64,000 bases of DNA from Paraphysomonas bandaiensis (taxonomy: Eukaryota; Protista; Chrysophyceae). The stretch spans positions 62,001-126,000 of the forward strand of contig CBFFRP010000319.1 in assembly GCA_965644295.1 (NCBI GenBank). The letters run 5' to 3'. Positions within the stretch are counted from its first letter, which is position 1. The number at the start of each line of letters is the position of its first letter. The notes below the pieces were generated by a model that worked only from the letters and a program-made list of their open reading frames with translations, searched no databases and was not told where the DNA came from. Shown piece by piece: positions 12,741 through 24,950 of this stretch. The position numbers were made by a program, and so were the translations under genes.

Positions 12741-13706
12741 ATGAAAGTAGGGGAGTATTTTTTAATCTATATGTTAAGTGGACTGGCTGTGCTGCATGTG
12801 AGTTATGCAGAGATACCTAAACTCTACTATTTCGATATTCCTGGTAAAGCCGAAGCTATTCGTTTGGCTGCTACCCATGGTGGGTTTCTTTTTGAAGATG
12901 TAAGACTCAATAGAAATGAATTTGACTCTTTGAAATCGGTAAGTGAATGAGTTATGTGTACTTGGGTACGAAATTTCACACAATGAGTAGAATGGAACCT
13001 TGAAGTTTGGACAGGTTCCAGTTCTGAAAGTTGCAGAGGATCAATATATTTCTCAGAGTGCTACTATAATACGGTACATAGGGAAACAGACAGGATTATA
13101 CCCCTCGAATGACATCATCGCCGCATTGGTTGACTCTATAATTGACCAGGTAGTCTCACAATACGACTTAGTAATCCCCTACTTGTACTTTTAATGTATG
13201 ATCTAAAAACGACATACTCCAACTTTTATTTTATGGGGTATATTTTAACAGCTAATTTTATATGCGCACAGGAAGTAGATATGTTCACAGGTCTAACAGT
13301 TTCGAAGTACCCAGGTACGTGGTATTTACTGGTAATATGGACTGTAGAATTACTTCATTCAACAGACAGATTTGGTTTCGGGGCTATTACGACCAATCAG
13401 AAACTTGTTTTTTCTATTCGAGAGTCGGTTTTGGCAGATGTAATTCCTCGTCACCTGGGCTACTTCGAAACCATTTTATCCAAGTCTACTACTATGTGGA
13501 TTGCGAATACCACTAATCCTACGATTGCAGATTTTGTGCTAGTACCGCGGTTGATAGCAGTAAGGGAGTTTGTGGAGGATGAGCTGCAATTCGATGTTCT
13601 ATACAGCTTTCCTCGTTTGAGGTCACTTATCGAAAATATATTGACATTGCCAGCAGTACAATGCTATTATGATAAGGAGAAGAAACAGTGTTTCAATAAT
13701 GTATAG
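12741..13706 (+). CDS. Sigma-like glutathione S-transferase with N-terminal signal peptide, multi-exon
   Basis: KLYYFDIPGKAEAIRL, FGQVPVL, SQSATI, PTIADF; hydrophobic leader ending VSYA. Confidence 0.85.
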
Positions 13707-13814
13707 ATTCTTGTATATTTGTTATGACTGTAGTCTGTCGAAAGCAGGACGTATACGAATGTAGCGCATACAAGTTGTACTACGTATGATAATAACTCTA
13801 CCCGCTATTCAGCT

Positions 13815-15760
13815 GATTTTCTACTACGTTAGTGTAGTAGAAAATCTCTCGGCAAGTCGGTGTTGTGACAGTATGTTGATCCTACACTCGGGTGCAAAGT
13901 AGCATTGCCCGAATAATCGATGCGTGCCCACGCATTTCGAGGTAATGCCAGACCCAATCCCATTGACTTATGGTCTTGAGGTCGGACAGCCCTGAGGTAG
14001 ATTTCACAACTAAGACGTTGGCGCCACTGTCGATGATGTAGTCGTCTATGTCTCCAGAATCTGCACCTACAGTAGAACAGAGAAATACCCACTCGGAGTC
14101 CGACTGAGCAAATGAAACTGATTTATCGTTGTAGCTGTTCTGGCGCTTAGACTTCTTCTTGGTGTGCGTGGATTTCTTAAGTATTCCTTTGTTCGCACGT
14201 GGTGGGTTCGGATTGGGGTTCTTTGCTCTCCATCTCTTAAGTGAAAAGCAATCTTGAGCAGAGTGACCTGTCTTATCGCAGAAAGCACATTGGATATGCT
14301 TTTCGCCATCATGATCGGCGCAAATGCGGAATCTTGGTCACACGTGGGGTCGTTTTAACGTGTAGTTCTACTTGACGCGATGACTTGACAAAACGGTCAA
14401 TCCTGCGCTTCGAATCCTCCAGTGTTGCCGGGAACTGATCAGTATCCATCTCGGTCAGCATTTCGGTCACAATTTGACCAAAGGTCGCGACATTCAGGCT
14501 GGGCAAAGTCGAGACTGCAGCCTAGCTGAACATCACCCACTTCGGCTTTGGCTCGATCTGCATATCCTCACAGATCTGGAGCTTTTGATCAAATCGTTCG
14601 TGATGTTCAGCTAGGCTCTGGGACCCCTGCTTCAGCGCTTGCAGTCTCGACTTTGCTCAGCCTGAATGTCGCGACCTTTAGTCAAATTGTAACCGAAATA
14701 CTGACCGAGATGGATACTGATCAGTTCCCGGCAACACTGGAGGATTCGAAGCGCAGGATTGACCGTTTTGTCCAGTCATCGCGTCAAGTAGAACTACACC
14801 TTAAAACGACCCCACATGTGACCAAGATTCCGCATTTGCGCCGATCATGATGACCAAAAGCATATCCGATGTGCTTTCTGCGATAAGACAGGTCACTCTG
14901 CTCAAGATTGCTTTTCACTTAAGAGATGGAGAGCAAAGAACCCCAATCCGAACCCACCACGCTCCATCACAGATCTGGAGCTTTTGATCAAATCGTTCGT
15001 GATGTTCAGCTAGGCTCTGGGACCCCTGCTTCAGCGCTTGCAGTCTCGACTTTGCCTTCTCCTTCTCTAGAAATGATGCCTCCTTGCCAGCAAAGGTATG
15101 TGACTTGATCACCAGCTTCTAAGCGTGAGGGGGCAGCGGCTTTCGATGACTTTTGCGTATTCGTCGATATGGCTCTCCATTTGTGTGATGGAGGCCTCGG
15201 ACATATGTAGAATTATGTCCCCGTATAGTCTTGTGGTAGACTCTTTGAAACGCTCAACCTTCTTGGTATGTGAGAGGTACTTGGTCTTTATTATCTCAAA
15301 CTCTAAGTCCTTGTGTTTCGGGAACGCGTCCGGCATGGGGAATTCGTTCTCGATGTAGTCTGGCATGCTGCCTGTGTCCATATATGAATATCTGATTATT
15401 ACAGAAGAACGGTTGTGTACAGAAACTAGTTTTACAACTATAGACTATTTTGCCTGTGTCCAGCATGGTGCCAGCATCTCCATAATGAGTAATGGCGTAT
15501 GTCAGAAATTGTCTGCGCCATGTTGATAGGGTATTCGGAGTGTATGTAAGCTTTCCGACGTCCATGCTGGACACAGGCAGCATGCCAGACTACATCGAGA
15601 ACGAATTCCCCATGCCAAGTACCAAGTACCTCTCACATACCAAGAAGGTTGAGCGTTTCAAAGAGTCTACCACAAGACTTTACGGGGACATAATTCTACA
15701 TATGTCCGAGGCCTCCATCACACAAATGGAGAGCCATATCGACGAATACGCAAAAGTCCT
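13815..15760 (-). mobile_element. Rearranged Ty1/Copia gag-protease remnant with internal inverted duplications
   Basis: Gag-like WRRQFLTYAITHYG and RLQALKQGSQSLAEHHERF; aspartic protease DYIIDSGAN (~14020-14045) ...CYFAPECRINILS; frameshifts. Confidence 0.8.
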
Positions 15761-16145
15761 TCTCTATTGTGTTGGACAAAGAATGATGTAGCACAAAAAA
15801 CTCTTCTCTCAAGGATATGCTATACAATGCTGCAAGTCTAAAGTGCAAGTGTAATTAAATGGTTATTTATTACTACTAATCGGGTCAATAGAGAAAAGTG
15901 ACTCTATATGATGATTGATTCACAAGAGGCAATGCACTTGGGTGGCTATGGATGGTACTAACGATTATACTATAAGGGGATATGAATGCTACTGACGATT
16001 TCATGAGAGGCAATACATGATAGTGACGTATCTCTTGCATTCTGTATGTATACAGTAGGTGTTAAACAGACATGGGGAGTATGTGCTAGTATCTGCTACT
16101 CCTGATAGCTAACTACAAAAATAGTGTAACACTACTGAGTGTTCA

Positions 16146-17090
16146 TCATGCGACATTGGAATGACATTTTACCGTTAGTCGTATGGGGGACTTGAAGACA
16201 GGTGGGGCTTCACTGAGCAGGTTTTGCCTCAGGTCGGTGAAGTTCTGACCTCCGAGGGGCTTAGTCAAAATGTCGGCAATCATTTCCTTGGTGGGTTTGT
16301 AGCAGAGCCAAATGTCCCCGTTCTGGATGCGCTCCTGGAGGTAATGGTATCGCACTCTGATGTGCTGAGTCCGGCTGATCTGGATGTACCATGATCTGGA
16401 TAAGGAGATGGAGGACTTGTTGTCCTGGTAAAGCACAGTCGGAGGCTGAGCCCAACCCAGGTCTGATAGCAGTGTTCTCTGGACGAGGATTGGGGGAATA
16501 CTAGTGTCTGCAGAGATGAGTTCTGACTCGGATGAGGACCGGCTCACACAATTCTGCTTGACAGACTTTGCAAGAATGGTCCCACCACTCCTGGAGCCTA
16601 TCTTCATCACGATGCCCGTATGTCCCTTCTCATCTGGGTGAACTCCATAACTCGCGCCTGCCCAACACTCCAGTGTGATAGAGCCTGGGTCAAGCGTCAG
16701 CGTCAGGTCTTTGGTGCCTTTGATGTATGCCAACACTCGCAGCAGCTTGCATCGGCCATGAGTGTGCCCTGGTGGCTAAATGGCTGCACGCAAGCAAGAT
16801 ATCGGGTCTGATCCTCTTGGCTAGGTACATAAGTTTCATCAGGAGGCTGAGATATTCACTAGCGTCCACCGGGTCTCAAGGAACAAGTGCTTTGTCGCTG
16901 TAGTCACGAAGTAGCTCGTCAATGTAAGCAGGCATGGATACAGTGATGTGTCCCTGGTCATACACTGTGAGAACCATCCCAAGATATGGGATCTGGGATT
17001 CGGTTTCTGTGGTTACCTTTCCGAACTTGTCACTGAGGAGCTTTTCGAGCCATTCGGTGAGCTCCTTCGAGGTTGTGGTGACCAGGAGGT
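16146..17090 (-). mobile_element. Ty1/Copia reverse transcriptase C-terminus and RNase H remnant
   Basis: LAYIKGT, KGHTG, VSRSSSESELIS, YQDNKSSI, HIRVRYHYLQE, MIADILTKPL. Confidence 0.9.
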
Positions 17091-17199
17091 GTGTAGTTCG
17101 TCACTTAAAAAATAATATAGTTTCGGAAATCTAACTTATAATTTACATAAACGATAGACGATTATTCGTTCAACATCAAATGACTCATTCATTTCCACT

Positions 17200-18498
17200 T
17201 TAATTTCTTTCAAGTAAACAAGATTCAGGACTAACGTTAACTGCATGTCCGTAAGCTCTGTAACATTCAAATCGTCGAGCAGAAATATTTACATTTTCTA
17301 GTACAATATTGTGACATGCTGATTCCGTCAACCCTTCAAAGAAGCCAGCATTTAGAGCAGTCCCAGTAATATTGCGGTACGTGATATCATATACATGCGG
17401 GGTTGCTTCATCCAGAGGAGGAGAAGGGTCATTAGACCCGTAATTCATATTAATAGCTATTCCGTGCACGTTATGATCCAGTGAGAGATTCTCGAATGTG
17501 ATATTATGTACTCTTCCCCCTCTACCACGAGCAGATTTTATACGGACAGCGAATTCCGAACGAGTAAACGAAACGTCTTTAACTCGTACGTTGTACACAT
17601 CCCCCGACATCTCAGACCCGATATCAATTCCTCTCGAGGAGCCAATAGAGCCACCTATTTATATTGGTACATTGACGTATCATAAACAGTTCTATGTGAT
17701 ATATAACTGAAGCATACCTTCAATCAAAATATTGTACGACGGCATATTAAATTCCCTTCCGTACTGGTCCCGCCCCGACTTAATTGCAATAGCGTCATCA
17801 CCACATGATGCCGTCAAATTGCGGATCACAACATTTGAACAACTATCAGGATCAATGCCGTCAGTATTCGGCGATCCTACTGGGGCCTTAAAAATAACAT
17901 TATCAATAAGCACGCCGTCGCAGGCGTATGGATGAACGCCCCAGAATGGCGGGTTGGCTACAGTCACACCAAACAAAGTAAAGTTGCGGCAGAACATGGG
18001 TTCGATCAATCTCCCACGCCCATACGGTAGGGACCCGCTCTCTGCTTGCCACCATGCTGCACCCTGGCCATCAATAGTACCGTGACCGCGGATACTTGCA
18101 TTGACAATATCAGTACCACCTATGAATGGGCCGCATCGACCACCATTATACTGAACTCAATAAATGTTATCTAAACCGAGACAAAATAGTTACAAACTTA
18201 CAGTGTCAGGATAACTCGGTAATGGCTCCACAATAGGCCATGCACTAAAATTAGTCGTTGCCAAAAGAGTGGCTCCATAGTCCAGATACAACTCAGTATT
18301 GGACGTTAAATTGAATGGTGAGAGTAAATATACTCCACTGGGAACATATACTTGACCACCACTACATTTATTAAAGGCAAGTTGAAATGCTTCATCATCC
18401 AGTCGATTTCCCTCCCCACTAGCACCCATATCCATGACATCACATACATGGCAATATATAGGACATAATAACGATAATACAGTTATAAGGGTAAGCAT
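17200..18498 (-). CDS. Secreted GH28 polygalacturonase-like glycoside hydrolase, 3 exons
   Basis: Signal peptide; GTIDGQG, NTDGIDPDS, GDDAIAIKSG, IGSEMSG, RIKS. Confidence 0.9.
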
Positions 18499-19053
18499 CT
18501 ATCTCTTAAAAAGAAAGAGTGAGATAGTGATAAGTTGAAAATAGAAGGATATGACTGATAAGCCAACAAGATAGAGATGCTCATCACATTAACACACAAT
18601 CATGTGAAGATGTCCATATATCCCTTCGTACCTACATACCTCTCTACTTACGTACATCATACACAAGTACATACTGCTGTACTGCTGGATTGCAATTATT
18701 GAAAAAAATGGGTTGGGTTTTTTCAGAAAGTATGTGATACTATACTGATATTCATATGGATATGCTGCTGTATCTATTCACCACAAAAAACCCTTTGAAT
18801 ATTTTATGAAAATTTCATATTTTGTCTGTTTTGTTATACTAAAAATGCTTTTAAACTGCCGTATGCTGCTGTGTATGCTGCTGTGTGTTATGCAGTTTTG
18901 GTCCAGAGGATACAACGCATCCAAGAATTGCACCAACTGGCTGCATGCAATAATTGCAAAAGGCTTATATCTGATCGCTTACATTTGTCGAACCCTTTGT
19001 AAGTAACTTCTTTAGCCTTTTGCAGTAGTTTGAATAGTATTTGCATTAGCGGC

Positions 19054-20364
19054 ATGAATTTATTCAGTTTACCAGTGAATATACTACAGGAGTATGTCTT
19101 GTCGTACTTAACACTGGGAGATGTCTGTAAATTTGACACTGCAATAGTAAATAGATTTTTCCGGGATTCACTTAAGAGTTTGCTTGCATCATGGAGTCCA
19201 GTAAATAGCTCCACTGCTTCTTTAAACTCGAAATTCGTGAAATGGATTACACATCGCTCCATATGTTTGACTCAACTTACGATAACTCAGAAGGTTGATG
19301 AACGTATTTGCTCTCTAATAGCAAAAAGTTTACCAGAGCTTCGGTGCCTTAAACTCGCAGCGTCGTCGTCTATTAAGGACTCCGCATTTGTGGCACTTGT
19401 GACTGGGTGCCCTCGACTAAACTTTATTGAAGTGTGGGGGTTTAATGCAATTACTGATGTTAGTCTTACTGCCCTTGCAATGCGATGCCCAAAGCTGAAC
19501 GCAATAGTTCTTATGGGATGCCCTCTTATTACTGATATCGGAGTGGCTGCCCTTACTGTAGGGTGCCCACAATTGCAAATTATTAGTCTGAGTGGGTCTT
19601 TTCGTGTTACTGACAAGAGTCTGTCACTAATCTCAACTAATTGCTGCAACTTGAATTCATTAGATCTCACTGGATGTGTCAAAATAACTGATACTGGACT
19701 TTCAGCTATCGCAAGGCACTGTGCACACCTTCATACTATAAAGCTTTTCGGATGTGGAAATATTTCAGTGGATGGGTTAGCGGCGTTGTCTTTGGGTTGT
19801 CCAGGTATGCACACGCTCTTTCTCGACGGGTATGGTTGTATAACTGACGGCGGCTTTACATCTATTGCTCTATGGTGGCCGGAGCTACGCTGTTTGGACT
19901 TAGGTGGATATAGTCCCATCACAGATGTGGGATTGGAAGCGCTAAGCGCATGTTGCCACTTGAGTGACCTAAATCTGATTGATTGTAGTGATATAACAGA
20001 CGCTGGTCTGGCTTCAATTGCAGTAGATTGCCAGGAGCTCCTGAGTCTAGACCTCAGTGGATGCTCTAATATCACCGACACTGGACTGAAGTCTCTTGCC
20101 AATGGGTGCACCAAACTTCGCACGCTGAACATGTGCAACTGTGATATAACGGACGCAGGGATACATGCAATTACTATTGGGTGCCGCAAGTTACACGCAA
20201 TGGATCTCGGTCACTGCTCTCGTCTCACAGACGAGGCTATGTTAAGTATTGCGAAAGGTTGTAAAGAATTAAAGTTGTTGAGTATCAATGGATGCCCCAA
20301 TATTTCGGACACCAGCCTAAATGCTTTAAAGACTGCATGCTGTGGTATTGTTATTAAACGGTAG
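19054..20364 (+). CDS. F-box/LRR-repeat protein (FBXL-like), intronless
   Basis: F-box-like LFSLPVNILQEYVLSYL followed by ~13 26-aa cysteine-containing LRRs (LxxLdLsgCxxITDxGLxaLaxxC). Confidence 0.9.
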   Translation: MNLFSLPVNILQEYVLSYLTLGDVCKFDTAIVNRFFRDSLKSLLASWSPVNSSTASLNSKFVKWITHRSICLTQLTITQKVDERICSLIAKSLPELRCLKLAASSSIKDSAFVALVTGCPRLNFIEVWGFNAITDVSLTALAMRCPKLNAIVLMGCPLITDIGVAALTVGCPQLQIISLSGSFRVTDKSLSLISTNCCNLNSLDLTGCVKITDTGLSAIARHCAHLHTIKLFGCGNISVDGLAALSLGCPGMHTLFLDGYGCITDGGFTSIALWWPELRCLDLGGYSPITDVGLEALSACCHLSDLNLIDCSDITDAGLASIAVDCQELLSLDLSGCSNITDTGLKSLANGCTKLRTLNMCNCDITDAGIHAITIGCRKLHAMDLGHCSRLTDEAMLSIAKGCKELKLLSINGCPNISDTSLNALKTACCGIVIKR

Positions 20365-21043
20365 AAAAGTATTGTATGTGGTGATTGCGGTATGAAATGT
20401 ATTTATGGGGACGTTTGGATATGGATAAGCTTTAATATGATGTCCTGCCAGCGTTCGTATACTTGCTCCTCTATGGAGCCACTACTCTGTGCTAATAATT
20501 GCATGATTTCAGCTTACAATAGTACAATAGTATATGTATTCCTCAGTAGCAGTACAACAGAAATCCTGGTGTTTATATGCACATCCGCCGAGGAGGAGGA
20601 TACTACCGTATAAGTTTCATCTTTACTATTGCTGTGGGAAATTTAGGGGTTACCGGAGGTAATTGCTTTTGTAAAGACTTTGCTCGCTACGACGTTTGTA
20701 TACAATATGTATGATAGATGAGCATAGGATAGCGCGTGTATTCAGTATTCCGACACTATAACTAGTTACTTGACCATGTAGTAATTATGTAAGTATACAT
20801 ACCATTAGAGACAAGAAGCGATATATTGCCTTGGCGATATGTATCATTTTTTCTATTCAAACATTCAAACTACTATTTAAGTACTACTAAAATTGATATA
20901 GCTACTTCTGGGAACACAAAGTTGGGATACGATGGTTACCATTTACAATCTCTTTTCCCAATTTAAAATACTCGTGTAGACGTGTAGACCCTCAACAAAG
21001 TCGTACTAGCACGTTTTCGTGGTGATATGAGGATAATTGGGAA

Positions 21044-21153
21044 ATATCAACATTCTGCTTGCTCACGGCGTTTGTTTTAAGTGATAGCGCGGAGGTGGTT
21101 GCACCTGCTTGGTGCTTGCGGCGACGCACAAGCAGCCTCCGTAGCGTTAAATA
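21044..21153 (-). mobile_element. Dispersed repeat family A, copy 3 (core only)
   Basis: About 100 bp nearly identical to 10949-11050. Confidence 0.85.
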
Positions 21154-21742
21154 GGTAGATACAAACGATAATTCTACATCTGTTTTCATAGTAATCATTG
21201 CATCCAATATAAATATGTTAATATATTATAACATTACGATACAATAACCAAAGTACATCATAAGAGCATTTTTCGTTCTATTATAACATTCATCGCTGCG
21301 TTGTTCATTATACGAAACACATGCAGCACGTAAAGTAAATAAATACCTTAGCGCAACAAAATATCGAATACGCCTCGTCAAGGGCAACGCCGAATTAAAA
21401 ATAAATAAACACACCCACTAAACAAAATGAATTGATAGCGCAATGGTAAGGTACACCCCGTAAAAAACAGAATCAAGTCATATCTCGAATAATGAATCGA
21501 ATAGACATAAAATACTTTTCATGCTCGAACGAGGCTATAGAAATTGTATTTCATGAAAGAGGGTCGAATAATCTAAATCAATAAACAATCTAACTTCTGC
21601 TAGAATAGAAAGCCGTAATGAATAAAACAAAGCATCATATATATACGAGCAGCAATATATATACATCACATCAAGTACACAAAAAGTTATAAATTTAAAG
21701 TACATATATTACAACAGTTGGGAAAATGAAATAAAAATCGTG

Positions 21743-23150
21743 TCATGGTAGGGAAGGGCTGGGTTGTTTTGTAGGGTTAAAATGCCATGTTGAAGATGCC
21801 GTCGATTCAAGTCTCTCAGTAATGTCAACATACACCTTTCCTTCAGTAGTGGATTTATTAGAACGCCGATGAGCACTTGGAAGGATACACTTCGCCAAGG
21901 AGGATACAGCCTTTCCCAAACGCCGAAAGGTGTTATTCCTCTTACGCTCTGTCTTGTAGGGAGTGGCGGTATGCCGGAGGTCCCTCTGTTGTTGAGACGA
22001 GAAAACAGGGCTCGACGACACAGGTTTTCGGCGCATGCAGTTCCAAGCCACTTCATCTGACGTTGAGCGACGCAGTCGTGAGGTTTCATCGATCGAATGA
22101 TGACGAGACCCAATTCGGATGGGTGAGGCTCGCACGGTACAAAGCTGCAATGGCGACTGTACTCCGCCTGTTCGAAGCGGTATGCTTTCACGACTATCGT
22201 CCGACCAGTCATCCAGATCAACATCACGACATGCACTACAATCGGAATTCGATTTTGCATGTAATACCTCTTCAAACCCGTATAGCTCGAACCTCTCCTG
22301 CGATTGTTTGCATTTTGACATATAAATCAGCTCCTGGATAGTGCTATGTAGCTTCATATACTCCTCATCGGTGATCATCATTGAAAAGTTAAGCATGGTC
22401 AATACCTCACTCTCCATTTTATTCAAATGACTCAGACTGGTATTTGAAAATATGTCAGCGAAGTCTGCATTTACCATAGAGAAGTCGTCCCATATCTTAC
22501 TCGCAAGTAACATACATGTGAACAGCGTGTATCGCCAATTCAGCGCACACACCCGAAACGCTTTGTTGGTCACTCGTGACAACCGTTCCATGTATATAAG
22601 AGCAATAATCATACACTCGTACTCCATTTCACTCTCTCGATGAATGATAGTGAATATAAACTGTACCGCCTCCAGCGAGAAGCTCTGCGATTATGGCATA
22701 TTTTAGTTACTGTAAAAATGAGGTTCCAATAGGTACTTACATCAGGATGAATAGCATCTGTTGTACACTCTCTAGAAAATATACGGTACTCATAAGGAGG
22801 AATATAATGATCTTGTTCGGATTGTTTTATAAGAGACACTATATTGGCCGATATGCACCGGATCACTTCAGTCTCAAGATAACAGAAATCAGTTTTAGAA
22901 TGAGAGCGAGACACTGGACGTGAACGAGGTCGTGAAACTTCACTATCTGTTGATCCTGGACTTTCATATTCAGTGATTCTTGGAGGGGTTGAGGATACAG
23001 CAGGCTGAGTTGTTGTAGTATCTCTGTCTCGACCTGTGAGGATTGATACGATCCCCGCTGTATATAATATCATCAGTTCACATCTCTTTATTGACAAAAA
23101 GTATACATACCATGATCCCTTGAAGAAGATTTTTGTAATAATTGACTCAT
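21743..23150 (-). CDS. Cyclin Y-like protein, 3 exons
   Basis: Cyclin box CMIIALIYMERL...NWRYTLFTCMLLASKIWDDFSMVNADF; first exon ATG 23150 spliced to AGIVSIL. Confidence 0.85.
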
Positions 23151-23505
23151 TGAAGTCGTTCAGTGAGAGATGAATGTATATATATATCTATATATAGACT
23201 GAGTCAGTGATATGACGACTGTCACTAGAGATGTATGTATATACACGTGTACAGGCAGGAAGTGAGTAGAGTGGATGCACATATGAGTCAGTTGAGGATA
23301 TTTCTTTCTTTGTGATTCAACTTCATATGAAGCAGTATGTACAGACCGGTAGCACTAGTAAATAATCCGGATATGAGATCCGTTTATCTGTAACCCGTAT
23401 AAAAAGAGCATCTCTCTGTATGTGCTGCTGGTATATGCATGTATATGGAAACCTTTCAAAACTTTGGCTATAATTCTAATTGCATGCACTTGTTGAGCTA
23501 GGAAC

Positions 23506-24950
23506 ATGTCATTCTTTCGTTTCATTCGTCAAGGACGGTCAGCTTTTGCACGTGGTTTTGCCACACAATGCATAACTTCCTCCAGACAGCCTGCTGTAAA
23601 CGAAAAGGCCCAGTCTTGGGGATCAGGAGCCGCAGCAGCTGCTGCAATCTGGGGGGCAACGATGTTTAGTGCATCTTGCTACTCTAGTTCGCCTTCGGTT
23701 TGCGAAGAAAGTGGTCGCAGGACATTGTACCCTCCTATCGAGCCAAATTCTTCTAATTTGATGAAGGTGTCTGACTTGCACTGCGTTCACTACCAAGAGT
23801 ACGGCAATCCAAGAGGAAAGCCCGTTTTGTTTGTTCATGGTGGACCCGGTGGAGGAACAGATTCAAAGGTATACTATAATTATGCAAAATACGAATATAA
23901 TTGAATGTGCCAATAGTGTGCACGTTTTTTCGATCCCAAGGCGTATCGAATCATTTTGGTTGACCAGCGGGGATGCGGTAAGAGCACTCCCTTCGCCGAA
24001 TTGGAAGAGAATACTACTTATGATAGTATTCGTGACTTTGAAAAGATACGTAAACACCTTGGTATCGAAAAGTGGCAAGTTTTTGGGGGTTCGTGGGGCT
24101 CTACTCTCTCCCTTGCGTATGCGGTAAGGGAGTGTACATGTAGTTTGATGTTTGTGCATGTAAATATCAAACTATGGTATCACTACTGTAATACATAGTG
24201 TCGTTTTGTTTAATTTTAAGCTCCTTACGTTGTGCTTCAGATGGAACACCCAGATCGTGTTACGGAGCTTGTTCTAAGGGGCATATTTCTCTTACGCGAA
24301 AAGGAAATCCACTGGTTTTATCAGAATGGCGCAAATGCTATATACCCCGATGCATGGGAAGCTTATGAAAGTGCAATCCCTCCTGAGGAGAGAGGAGACT
24401 TTCTCAAGGCTTACAGACGACGCCTCAGAGGAGAATTAGGTATCTAGATGAATTTTGAGATTTTCCGTGAGAATAACTTGTAGAGTACTTAATATTCATT
24501 CCTCTGAAAGTTTAAGTATGAAGGTTATGTTTAATGTTTTTAGGCCCTGAGGAAATGAAACGTGCTGCTTTGGCGTGGTCTGTCTGGGAAGGCCGCACAT
24601 CTAAGCTAATTCCAGATAGTGAAGAGAATATCAAGAAGAAGCATGGGTCATCTCTATTTAGTCTTGCTTTTGCTCGTATTGAGAACCATTACTTTGTAAA
24701 CAAGGCATTTTTTCCTCGCGACGGATTTCTTCTCGAGAAGGAACAGATCGATAAGATTCGTCACATTCCAACGTTCATTGTGCAGGGGCGATACGACGTA
24801 GTGTGTCCGATGATGTCTGCGTGGGATCTGCATAAGGCTTTTCCCGAAGCGGAGTTTAAGATTACGACTACAGGCCATTCATCACATGAACCTGATATTG
24901 TACACGAGTTGGTATCTGCCACGGATAGATTCAAATATAACCATTCTTAA
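23506..24950 (+). CDS. pip: Proline iminopeptidase (S33) with probable mitochondrial presequence, 4 exons
   Basis: HGGPGGG, DQRGCGKS, GGSWGS nucleophile, QGRYDVVCP, GHS; Arg/Ser-rich N-terminus. Confidence 0.92.

Noticed and set aside
15770-16140. LTR between the RT and gag remnants
   Set aside because: TGTTGG is present at 15770 but I could not identify a matching end, PBS or PPT.
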